Below are positions 1 to 12,226 of a stretch of 64,000 nucleotides of DNA, piece after piece. Source of the DNA: Paramecium tetraurelia (Eukaryota). Within the stretch, counting starts at the first letter, position 1, and the number at the start of each line of letters is the position of its first letter. A model generated the notes under the pieces. That model did no database searches. It worked only from the letters and a program-made list of their open reading frames with translations, and was not told where the DNA came from. Location: NCBI GenBank assembly GCA_000165425.1, contig CT867998.1:62001-126000 (forward strand), written 5' to 3'. A program made the translations under genes and the position numbers.

Positions 1-894
1 TAAAATTCTTTATTAACATATATAACTTAAATATTTCTATATATATTTAAGATATGATTAATTTATAGTGTTATGCTATATTTCTCCAAATCCTTTACCT
101 TGTAAATCTCTTGATATTAATTCATAAAAAACTCATTATAATTAAATTTTAAACACCAAATTTTAAATTCTATTGATATCAAAGTAAATAGTGAAGGAAA
201 ATGTAAAATCAAATTTCTAGTAAATAATTAACCTTAGTTGAAGAATATTGAAACTGGTCTGAAAGTTCTTTGGGCTAATATTCTTTTCATAAAACTTAGA
301 CACAATTTTCTATAATATAATTTAAATTAGAATTTATATTTTAATTTTTTAAATAATATGTTATTATTGATCTTTAATCTAATTCAGCATGCAAACTCTA
401 ATTGTAAATAAAATACTTAGCAAATTTTCATGTATATTTATGTTTAAGAATTATGTTGGGATTGTGTTCAGCTTCTAACGAAAACTAATTCTATATAGAA
501 AATAATTACACTGATGCGTAATTATGACACTAATATTAGCAACCTCATTAATTTTCAAATCCACTATAAACCTGTTTTTGATGGTGCACTAACACTGAAT
601 TACAGTTGCATTACGTTAGCGATTCTAAAATTTGGTAGAGTTTTAATGTACAAAAAAAGAACAACTAATAATTAATTATATAAATACAATCAAAGTGCCT
701 AGGTTCAGATAATTAATAATTTAAGATTATCACAGATTTAGTGTGTTATAGGAGATAAATAAAGGAGTGGAGATTTCAAATTATCTAATAATGATGATTA
801 TGATATTATTGATGCTTATTTTCTTAATTAATTAGTTTACATGAATACTGGTAATTAAGATTATATATATATATATTTTAAATATAATTAATAT

Positions 895-1281
895 ATGGAT
901 CAGAGTATGTTTGAGTAATTTGGGGGTGATGGGTCGATATCAGATTTGATAGATTAATTTTATTATAAGGTGTTATTCGATCAAAGTTTGAGAAGCATGT
1001 TTTTAAAAGCAGACATGACTAGAGTCAGATTGTAATAAAAGACCTTTTTCGCTTAAATGTTCGGTTGCATTCACACCAAATACACTGGAAAGTATTATTA
1101 CTAATGAATATACAGAGATCTAATAGAAGTGCATAAGAATTTGAGCATAACTGATCAATAATTTGATAGATTCTTACATCATCTTAAAAGTATTTTAGCC
1201 GACATGAATAAACCGTAAGAATTGATAGATTAAATATTGAAGAAGGTCGACAGCCATAGAAATTTTATTGTGTTTAAATGA
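895..1281 (+). CDS. Truncated (2-on-2, group I/N-type) hemoglobin
   Basis: Ciliate-code translation MDQSMFEQFGGDGSISDLIDQFYYKVLFD...LQQKTFFAQMFG...YTGKDLIEVHKNLSITDQQFDRFLHHL; GG motif, B9-B10 FY, proximal His; one 24-nt intron 1092-1115. Confidence 0.9.
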
Positions 1282-1286
1282 TATAT

Positions 1287-2593
1287 TCATTATTTTTTTC
1301 TTCTATTATCCAAGTCTTTAAAATTCTATTCTTCCAATTACAATTTGGCTCTATAAAAAGATAAAATAATTTATACTTTTGTGCATCCTCCATCTTTTGA
1401 CTCTTCATAAATATGAGATCATCTCTTTTGGTAGTATCAGATTCTAACACTTCTTAAGGCGAGATCCATGGCTTCTTTTCTTCGTCTATTTACCAAAGTT
1501 TCTCTTCTCCAAAGAGCAATCCTTCCAACCAGGATCCGATTCCTTATTAAAGAAGAGTTCTACAATAATAAATATATAGTATTACTCTGTTTTATTTCCA
1601 TTTTCATCAGTTTGCACTTCAAAAATGTCTACTTCTACAATGTCGAAGATTTTGGCTTATTCCTAAGACTTGAAGAAAGAAGTAATTTTGGACATCATCC
1701 CTTCAGCATTGTAATTGAATGTAATAACTGATTTCACACCAGGTCCTTCTATAACCATCTTGCCTTGCCAATTCAAAAGTCGATCTCCCATCACCAATCC
1801 AGTTATTTCCCTTAATTTTATATATTTAGAGTTCAATACATAGTTGGTCTCTATGCACACTTATACACAGCACCATTATTGAAGATTATGGTTTATCTAC
1901 CATTCTGCACTCCTGTTAATGAATTGACAGTCTTGTGCACTTAAATTTCTAATCTGTCATCTCCGTATATTTTATAATTATTTCCCTATATGTAATAAAA
2001 ACATATTGGTGGATCGAAAGAAGTTTATTCTGCAAAAAATTATGTGCCATCCTCTTTCACCAACTACACTCATAGATACTATAACATTACTTAAATTGTC
2101 TCTCCCACTAATGGATCCAAAGGCGATTTCATCTTTGTAATCTCCCCATTGCAATGCAATCCGGATATCTATGTAATGATTGCTATTCTTACTTGATAAG
2201 CCGAGATATATTTAATTTATTCCATTGGTGACAACTGACTGCATCTCTCCAATAAATTACCGAATGTGTGTCCTCTTGAGTTTATATTATTATTTTTTAC
2301 AAAGCCACTCCATGTAAAAAACTCATATCCAAAGACATAGCAATGGGCTTGCTAATTTGCATCAATGATCCGAAATTTCCTGTTATCAGCTTCCCACTTA
2401 ATTATTTAAACACACTTGCTGCCACTTTTTAAGTTTCAGAATTCTCTTCACCAAATGATAAGTTAAGACCTCCTAACGTTATATTAAACATGCACTAACC
2501 TTATTAATGAGCTGCCTTGTGTCTATATGCGGGAAATTGTTGAGCTTATTATACATTTTGAGTGTCATTCTGTTTTTTAAATCCAAACCACAT
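1287..2593 (-). CDS. Oxysterol-binding protein (OSBP/ORD) family, short form
   Basis: Motifs KSPLDPLVGET, FFAEQTSFDPP (EQVSHHPP position), GLVMGDRLLNWQGKMVI, ESDTTKRDDL..MEDAQ; several tiny introns. Confidence 0.8.
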
Positions 2594-3346
2594 CTTATTA
2601 AAAAGATTTGATATTAATAATATTATTTAACAATATTTAACAATATAATTTTTGAATACCAATATTATAAAACAATCATTTTAATTAATTATTTATATTA
2701 ATAATCTCATAAAGACTTAGAAAAATTATAACATTTGATATTACTTTTTTATATTAAACAATTTTCAATTAACTTACTTAATGAATTGATTCGAATTCCA
2801 CCTTCAATCTTTATCTAATTTGAAATTTATTTCTTTCTATTTGATAAGCATTATCAATTAGAGAAAATTCAAATGTGGAAAACTATTTTTGTAAATCATA
2901 AAAGCAAATGTTTCTTATATTATTATATAAAAATGAATTGAGAAAAATTATTTATTCATTAATTCAAATTAACCGAAAAAATGATGTTTTGATGAATTAT
3001 TCATCAACCAAGTATTGTATTTTTTGGGTATTCATGGTTCAGCTATGATGAATCATATATTTATATTTTTTTTTAAATACACTTCTTAGAAAAATATTAA
3101 ATGATAAACCAATAGCTAAATGGTATCTTACTATTATTGAGCCTACCAATATATTATGCTCCAATTTATGATATAAAATTAATCATCAATCTCAGAATTC
3201 AAATTTTTTCTATTATTAGAAATAGAGAAATTAAAAAAATTGTTTTCCTAACATAAATTAACCTTTTTGTACTATAAGAGAAATAGAGAAATGTATTTTT
3301 GATTTATTAATATTTTTAATTAAATACCACAAATCATAATTCTATT

Positions 3347-4680
3347 CTGATTGAAGAGAGTAAAACAAATTAAATGAATGTGGAAAAACCTATCTGCATT
3401 CACAAAACAAAACTACCATAAGAAAATATTGCAGAACATATATTAATACCTTTTTCATTCACTTTTCAAATTAACATTTAATATTGGTTTAAATTAATGT
3501 CAAACTTGATAATTCTAATTTACAGCATTTGAGGTTAATAGCTCATTCACAAGTATCAAAGAAACCAATATTACAATTCAAGCTAATATGGCAATTTTTA
3601 ATTTTATTTGTTATTTCCACAACTCATTCAATGAAAATTTAATTTTTAATTAGATATATTAAATTAAAATCTTAATGTATTTAATAACTTCTATTGCCAA
3701 AAATGTAATTCCAAAAAAATTGAAGAAGAGGCAAGATAAAATGCTGCCAAATATGTGGAAATGCATAGCAGAACAATCCATACCAACGATGAACTGAAGT
3801 AACAATATATTAAAAAATTAAATGATCTTCAGGTAGGCCTAATTTAATATTTTTAGAAATAAATAAAGAATATCACCTCTTTTATTGAACAATAAAGTTC
3901 GATATTAAAACAAAATATTAATAAGGCTAATATGCTTTTAAACTAATAATTAGTTTTGGATTCTCAATCCATTGATAATTTAATGATTTTCCTGACTTTA
4001 AATGAAGAAACTTAAGAAATTATCTAAAATAATTATAAATGGATCAATAATTGTTTAGAAAGATAATTCAATTATGAATTTACTGAAATTGTATATTCAG
4101 TGAACTAATTTATCAACACAGAATTTGAATATGATGTTGTCCCATTTTATGAAGAAGAATATTGAAAAAAAATGGATTAAATTCATTATAGCCAAACCTA
4201 CAAGGAGGGAAAAACCTTTATTTGTACACATAAGGATAGTTTAGAAAAGAAAAAACAAGAAAAAATGTGTTGTAAATGGTCCATTACTACTCATGTTGCC
4301 CATAAAAAGACGGGTTTGTAGACCATTAAAATTAAATTAAAGCTCAATAATCTAGAATTGCATAAATAAGAAGTTTATAGGATAATTGATTAAGCGCTAG
4401 CAGCAAATCAATAAAATCAATAGGAAACTTTCTAAAGTTTTTAAAGAACGAGAAAACAACTTATAGTATTGGAAGCCCAAACTAAGATTGATCCTTTTAA
4501 TAACATTCCAACATTGATTTTTAATGGTATTGATTGGAATTTATTACCCTATGATGTTGAGATGATCGAATAATAAATTTAATCTAAATAAAAGGAATTA
4601 TAATTTTCAATAGAATAGGAGAAAACAATGAGATATTTGCAATGTTCAAAATAAAAGACAAAGTAAACTTCAAAATATGT
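3347..4680 (+). pseudogene. Degenerate paralog of the B-box-like/coiled-coil gene at 9881
   Basis: Colinear similarity to 9881-10980 (ICIHKT, LDSQSIDN, WINNCLE, ICTH.D, TKID.FN); start ATG replaced by CTG at 3347, in-frame TGA at 4163-4165, 255-bp insertion, repeat-bearing 3' part absent. Confidence 0.75.
3427..3683. other. Candidate internal eliminated sequence (IES)-like TA-bounded insertion, 255 bp
   Basis: TA at 3427-3428 and 3682-3683; removing one TA plus the interval gives KLPQENNNFYCQKC, the same length as RLLKEGNKFSCLKC in the paralog; the insert contains an in-frame TGA. Confidence 0.5.
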
Positions 4681-6449
4681 AGAGTTTATACTATTATATA
4701 ATCATAATATTAATTATATTATATAATCCTGTAAAGGGATAAAAACTTAATCTATAATATTTTATTATTAATCATAATCTTATTTTTTACCTTAATTTTG
4801 GTTAGTTCTTAAAGTATATTCTTCGACTGTAGTCTTTACTTTTCATTCTAACTTTTCTAACCAAAAAGACATACAAAAGAGTTTTTCCATTTATGACAAT
4901 TGCTTATTTTAAAGAAAAACGTAAAAATTACCATTCTTCCCCCTCCTCCCTTTCAAAATGGGCAATATTATTTCAGAAGCTATTCTAAGGTTTCTTTAAA
5001 CGAATTAAATAATCAATAAATTTATTTCAAATCGATGGGGGAAGGCCTTCCCGTTTTTATGCTATTCTCCTTAGCTTTTAAATTGATTACTTCTTATTTG
5101 TAAATTTATCCCCTTGATTTTAATCTACATATCCTTTAACATCTCGATTTTTTTTGATACTAATTTTCAAATTTGTAGAGAAACTCATCCAAATAGTTAT
5201 TAAAATATAGAGAGAAAATGTTAAATTTACACAACTTTATTCAATAGCCATAAGTGTTTAATAATGTAATGAATCTTTTAAAAAAGAAGTTTGAATGCCT
5301 GAACCGAGAGTTTTACTCGTTAGTAATGTTTTTAGAATAAAGTATAAGGTATTCAATTATAATTTAAGTTCTTTTGCCACTAATTAAATCCTTTTTTGAA
5401 TCTTAAAAAGTTCCACTTGTAATAATGCAAATAGGAAGCAAATCGAAGCTCGAAAAACTTAAAAGGTGGACTCAAGCTGCGTTTGTGGAGGCATAACTGT
5501 ATAACCCTTATTTAATGGTAGAAGCTGAGCTACTCTTAAGTAGATGTTGGTCTCTCAAACTGTTTTAAATAACTTCTGAAGTAGTTCAAAGGATTTGTTT
5601 TATCGAGAAAGTATCTTAACTGTTGAAGAGTTAAATTAAGGATTTTTAGAGATTTGAAAATTTGAAAATTTTTATTTTAATTCTTTCAATTAGAATGTGA
5701 AGCTACATCATCAAGCATCTTATCCAAAATACTATTATATGATAGAATTTTGAAATACTTATTGGTCTTTATTATTGAATACCTTTGTTCTTTCTTAAGT
5801 TTATCCTGACATATTGAAAGAAAATCGAATATTTAAATTATATGTTCTTATTAATTAAAAATAAATGCGATTTCCTTACTAAAATTTTATCTTCTTTTAG
5901 TTTAAAACATTTGTCTATTAATTTTGTTTAGGTTCTTTCAAAAATTACAACATTCCTAAGCATTATATTTCAATGGGTGTAGGGTATAACTTTAGTCACA
6001 TATTAAAGTTATTTTTATTGAAAATGCCTCTAGATTTAGATAATATTGGGTACAATTAGGTCTATCAATTGTTAAAGCAATATTTTTAGATTTTTGGACT
6101 AGATCATCTTGATCGTTAATCTTCATCAAGTTTATTCGTATAATTATATTCTCTAAAGGATTCCTCTTATTTCTTGCAGGTGAATTAATTGCAGTTGATC
6201 GATTTTGTGAGTTTTAAGTATCATTATTTACTAGAAGGGGTTAATTATATTAGATAATTCTGAGTTCACTGTTTTTAAATTTGATTTGATTAATTAAAGT
6301 ATTTTCACAATGGGAATGGGTGACTACCTCATCTACATAAATATTAATAATAATAACTAGCATAATTTAGAAAATTAGCCTATTGAAAATATGAATTATT
6401 ATGATAAAGAATTTCTTACAAATAAAAATTATTATATTTTATTCTAAAT

Positions 6450-9400
6450 TGAACTCTGTTTTGCATATTTGTTTTCTCATTAATGTGTAAATTAGCAAGT
6501 ATCTTCGCCTCGAGCATAACAAAATGCGCCCTTTATAATTTGTTCTCATTTGATGGAATTGCAAGTCTGCATAAGATTAAAATTAACATTTAAAAAAAAT
6601 AGAGATTAATTACTTGTTGCTAAAACTATTATAAATTATTAAACGAGTACCAATCTACCAGTATCTATCTCATTTAAAAACTTATGAGTATTATTCTCAT
6701 GAGAATATATAATTTTCTGTATAGATGATTATAAAAATAATAAATTCATATACTAATAGATAGAATTATACTAAGAACATCATATTAATTATTCATCTTC
6801 TATTATTTTTGTATTATAATATCAATTCTAAATTTTCTTATTCCTAATATAAAAACACCATATCTGAATAAGCACATTCACGATTAGTTTAGTAATTAAT
6901 TAATGCTATTTTAAATTCCCTTTATAATCCATAATTATACCTAGATATTTATATTTATAGATTATAGGTAGATCGTTCATTTCTAGTTATTACATATTGT
7001 ATTTGATTGGCATTATTCCAGACTTTGTGTTGTTAATATGCAGTTCCCATTCTTGTGAAAGCTAATTTAAAATTTGTACAAAGCCTTGTATTTGGCATTT
7101 GTGTAAAATAAATGCCAGGTCATCTGCATAACTTAATGTTTGTACTTCAGATCCAGTTTTTCAGATAATTTTTTCAGAAAATTATCCATGTATACATTAA
7201 ATACTAGAGTGAATATAGGAGAGCCTTACGGGACTCCATTTTTCTAATGAAATTCTTCTTACATATTGTGTGCATGGATATATAATATATTACTGTGTAT
7301 TGCTTGTAGAAATCTTATTTCTTCATCAGGTAAAATGTTATACATTAACAATTATTAATATAATCGATATCTGTCAATAGTTTTATATGCGCTGGAAAAG
7401 TCAACAAAGATGATGACTTTTTGATTTTTTTTATTGTAATTTTTTTATATATCCTTAATTAATAACAAATTGGTTTAAGTGTCGTACCTTTCTATGAAGC
7501 CAGTTTATTCTTTTTATATTTTATTTATCATATAATCCATAATTATTAATAGAATCTTAGCTCTATTAATTTAAAAGGGGACTTAGTATCACTAGTGGTC
7601 GAAATTGTTCTTTTTTAGGAAATTTGGATGAACTTTGTTTAGGGGAATGAGTCTTACCCATCCTAGCTTTTTGTTAACTTCAAAAGTCTTGGGTCCCCAG
7701 ATATCTCTTAAAAGGTTCCATTTAAATTCTTTATCATCTAATAAGTTATGCAATCGTATGATATTGCTTTGTCAAATTCTATTTGTTTCTGTAATTCTAA
7801 AATCTGATTTTATGTTATTTTATTGATTTTGAAAACTTTCCTAATAGCTCGAAACAATTAGAATATACTTTAAGGCCAGCGACCAGTTCTTAACTTTCGT
7901 TTAATAGCAATTGTAGAATCCCCATTTCTTTTTTCTTTATTTTTTATGATGTTTTCTTCAATAATTTAAAAAAGGATTTTCTAATTTCTGAAAATAGATT
8001 CTGAATTAATTCTATGGCGAGATGGTTTTATGAAGTTGTTTATTTACTATAGTCTGATTCTTTTTATATTTATTATCTTCTTTAAGTGGTGTTTATAAAA
8101 TGAATCAATGTCTTCATGTAAATTCTATATTTTAAAAGATTCTGTTATTGCTTTTTTTTTATCAATATATATTATTTCAGAGTCGATTCTCTTTAGCTTT
8201 TTCTCTATTTCTAATTTTGTCTCAATCAAAAAATGATCGGATTCTTTATACCAATAAGACTAAATTTTAGAATGTGATCAGTTTATGATCGTATAATTCT
8301 ATTTAAATTTTATCTTTATGTTGTTGTGTTTTGGACTAGAACATTGAGGAATGGAATAGGGTTTTATCATAATTGAAGTGTCCACATATTAGTAAAGTCG
8401 TTTATTATCCTATTTATTCTATGGTTTTAATAATATTTGTTTGAAGTTTTGCATATTATTTTAAAACTACTATCTACTGTGGAAGTAGGCATTTATGGTA
8501 ACCAATTCTATAATTTGATTTACTATTCTAAGTATTAGAATATCATATGGTAAATTATTTTAGGGATAATAATAGTTAGTGATATTTTGTGAATAGAATT
8601 ATTTATGAACTCCTATTATTATGCCTCCAGATCTTTCAGTATTTTGGCGAGCATAGTAATATGTATATCTAACTGAGTTTTCTACTTGTTAGCCTTTCAT
8701 CTCTTACAAGCAGATTATGTGTGGACTGTGTGTTTCTATTATAAATAATTTATTCATTGTTAATGAACTGATGTTCCAGTTCACGACATTTAATTTTGTT
8801 TATATATTTATATCATTCATGGAGGTGTTTAAATTTTGCTTTTCTCATATTTTATTCCCTCCTTTTTAAAATGTATTTACTTTATTGATCTTTGTTTCTT
8901 TCCCATTATGATAATTCTTGATATGCTATTAATAGGAGTGCTATGACTTTTTAGCATTTTTTACAAAGTAATTAAACTTCAAATTGTTCTTCGCTATCGT
9001 TTGAGGTATGATTATCAAAAATTACTTGTGGGATGATTGGTATTATATTACTTGTGTTTCTCTTAAAGCTTATTACTTTTATTCATTTATTAATATTCAA
9101 TTTTGTTTGTCTTCTATGTGTGTTTTGTTTATGTTTGAATTCGTTTATTTTCATTATTGATTTTTTGTTCACCCAAATGATTGTTATGTAGCTTTCTCTT
9201 TAGAGGTGAGAATTATCCAAATTTTTCATAAAGCGATTGTTTCGTTATTTTTGTCTATTTTTTTTTCCTGACTCCAACCAAGACTAAATTTACTCAAGTG
9301 GCCAGGAATTAGGCCCACCCTAGATATAGAAGGTATCAAAAGTCTATAGAAGATTGGAAAGCCATTGACTGGATACTCAGGTAATAAATTTGCAGACTGT

Positions 9401-9450
9401 GCTTAAATTGCTGCTTCATTTGTTTCTCCTGATGCACAATTATAAAAGAT
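6450..9450 (-). mobile_element. Degenerate non-LTR (LINE-like) retrotransposon: APE endonuclease + reverse transcriptase ORF, with a putative upstream ORF1 remnant
   Basis: From ATG 8820: NVVNWNISSL, HIICLQE, SGGIIIGV, LICGHFN (GDFN position), SDHFLI (APE); VIIFVDFSSAY, GVPQGSP, TLSYADDLAFI, YKYLGI (RT); frameshifts present. Boundaries approximate. Confidence 0.9.
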
Positions 9451-9880
9451 AAAAAAAATAATCGAAACAATTATTTAATACAAATGATAAAAATTCATTA
9501 GGCTATTAATTGTATAATTAAAGACTAATTAACATAAATGTTGTGAGTGAGTCATCTTAATGTACTCTCTTATTGTAAGAAGGAAAGGGTTTATGTTATC
9601 ATCAAAAAAAGTTGAATTTTTTTGAATTAACAATACTCAAATAATTAATCTATTGAAGACAGGCACTTAATTTATTGTTATAATTTCAGAACAATGAATA
9701 GAAAATACCTTTAATGTTATTGAAGAGATATTAAATCATCAAATTATATATATATTATTATTTGTTTTGGTTTAATTTGAGAATTATTTCATAATAAATT
9801 TTATTTTTGCAGCCACAAGAGCAAATACAAGATCTAGTTTTTATTAATTTTTATATTATTACCAAATATCGAATTCTATA

Positions 9881-12226
9881 ATGATAAAAAAGTGTGAGTC
9901 TCATCAGAAGTATGAAGAAAAATTTATCTGCATTCACAAAACAAGGCTATTGAAAGAAGGTAACAAGTTTTCCTGCCTCAAATGCTTAAAATGGAAAAAA
10001 TCAAATAATTACCTAAAAAGTATAGAAGAACTTGAAGAAGAGGGTAGAGAAAATGTAGCCAAATTTCTAGTAATGCAAAACAAAATATTCAATATCAATA
10101 ATGAAATGAAGTAAAAATATATTCAATAATTAAATGATCTTGGCCAAAAATTCGATCACTATTTTTAAAAATTATAAAAGTCCATCACTTCTATCATAGA
10201 ACAACAAAACCAAAAATTGACTCAAAATATTAACAAAGCAAATTAACTGTTAAACGAATAATCTGTTTTAGATTCTTAATCCATTGATAATTTTATAATT
10301 TTCACTACTTTAAATGAAGAAAATTAATAAATTCTTGAAAATAAATATACTTAGATCAATAATTGTTTAGAAAGATAATTCAAATACGAATTTGCTGAGA
10401 TTTAATTGAAAGTAAACTAATTTACAACGATAGAATTTAATTTTGATAGCGTTCCAGTATATGAGGTAGAATAATTTGAAATTCAAACTGTGGGCAAAAA
10501 AAAAGATTAATTGCCTTTTTGCAAAGAACACTAGTTGGAAAAAAACTGTATTTGTACACACGAGGATTGTTTAAAAGAGCAAAAAAATGAATATATTTGC
10601 CTAGGATGTGCTATGAATAATCATGAATACCATTATAAGCGGAACTTTGTAAGAACTTTAAAAAAAATTAAGAATGAGTAATCTGAGAAACTTAAATTAA
10701 TTGAGGAATAAAATAAAATTTTTAAATAAGAAGTTGATAGCAGAATTGATTAAGAATTAACAGCAAATTAATAAAAACAATAGGAAATATTTATTGGTTC
10801 TTAAACTATTAGAGAAAATCTAAAATTATTGGAAACCAAGACTAAAATTGATTCTTTTAATCAAAATCCAATTTATATTTATCATAGTATTGACTAGAAG
10901 TTATTATCATATGATTCTGAAATGATCAAATTAGAGTTTTAATCCAAATTAAATTAATTAGAATAATTATAATCAAATATTTCAAAAATTAAAAAAGAGG
11001 AGTTTAATTAACAATATTAAAATATTGAAGAATAAACATAAAATTTGAAACAAGAAACATTTAGATTAAGGTAATTAGTGCTTTAATAAGAAACCAAAAT
11101 TTCAGAGTTAGGAAATGAATTAAAAGAAACATCAAATGAGTCAATCATTGCAGAAATCCAAAAATCCTAAAAATTTTTCATACAAGAATCCTTTGAATAC
11201 TATAATAATAAATCTATTGAGATAAAGAATTATATCAAATCTTAAGTTGAATCTATTCAATTGAATATTTTAGAAAGTAAATAAATCACTTCTCTGTAAT
11301 AAGACTTAAAAGTTAATATAGAAACAATTAACTATATTAAATAATAAATGGAAACTATTCCAAAGTCTGTTATAGAAAGTGAACAATTTATGACTTTGTC
11401 ATAAGATTTAAAAAATACTTTAGCGACAATAAATTAAGTAAATTCATAAATTGGAACTGTTCCTAAGTCGGTTATTGAGAGTAAAGAATTTACTACTTTT
11501 TAATAAGATTTGAAAAATGCTTAAACAGCAATTAATTAAGTAAATTCATAAATTGGAACTATTCCAAAGGCTGTTATTGAAAGTAAAGAATTTACTACTT
11601 TGTAATAAGATTTGAAAAATACTTAAACAGCAATTATTTAAGTAAATTCATAAATTGGAACTGTTCCCAAGTCTGTTATTGAGAGTAAACAATTTACTAC
11701 TTTGTAATAAGACCTCAAAAATAGTTAAATGACAATAAATTAATTAAATTCATAAATTGGAACTATTCCAAAGTCTGTTATTGAAAGTAAACAATTTACT
11801 ACTTTGTAATAAGACCTCAAAAATAGTTAAATGACAATTAATTAAATAAATTCATAAATTGGAACTGTTCCAAAGGCTGTTATTGAAAGTAAAGAATTTA
11901 CTACTTTGTAATAAGATTTGAAAAATACTTAAACAGCAATTATTTAAGTAAATTCATAAATTGAAAATGTTCCAAAGGCTATTGTTGAAAGTAAACAATT
12001 TACAAATTTATAATCTACGATAGAAAATTCCTTTAACTAAACTTAGATGCAGGTTTAGAAGATAGAAAATTCTATCAATGAATAGAAAAATTCTTTGTAT
12101 TCATATTAATTATTCGAATCAAAACCTTAAGTTCAGATTCCTTATTCTAGAATTGATAGTTGTAAGGCTAACATCAATAATATTAATCAAAATTCTGCTA
12201 ACAACTCGGCTAACAAAAAAAATTGA
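9881..12226 (+). CDS. About 781-aa protein: two Cys/His (B-box-like) zinc-binding segments, coiled coil, C-terminal 34-aa tandem repeats
   Basis: Intronless frame ATG 9881 to TGA 12224-12226 in ciliate code; CESH..FICIH..CLKC and CKEH..CICTHEDC..CLGC..H..H motifs. Confidence 0.8.
11351..12020 (+). repeat. Coding tandem repeat, 102-bp unit, about 6.5 copies
   Basis: Units start at 11351, 11453, 11555, 11657, 11759, 11861, 11963; consensus about GTVPKSVIESKEFTTLQQDLKNTQTAINQVNSQI. Confidence 0.95.

Noticed and set aside
115..894. TGA-free frame continuous with the globin ATG (possible N-terminal extension or fusion)
   Set aside because: With only one stop codon, long open frames arise by chance in AT-rich DNA; no recognisable motif; an AT-only promoter-like tract lies just before ATG 895, which matches the normal globin start
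4163..4165. In-frame TGA as selenocysteine or programmed readthrough
   Set aside because: The same copy also lost its ATG and several Cys/His residues and has an insertion; pseudogenisation is simpler
11351..12020. Regular repeats resembling a CRISPR array
   Set aside because: Contiguous 102-bp in-frame coding units without unique spacers; eukaryotic context, no cas genes
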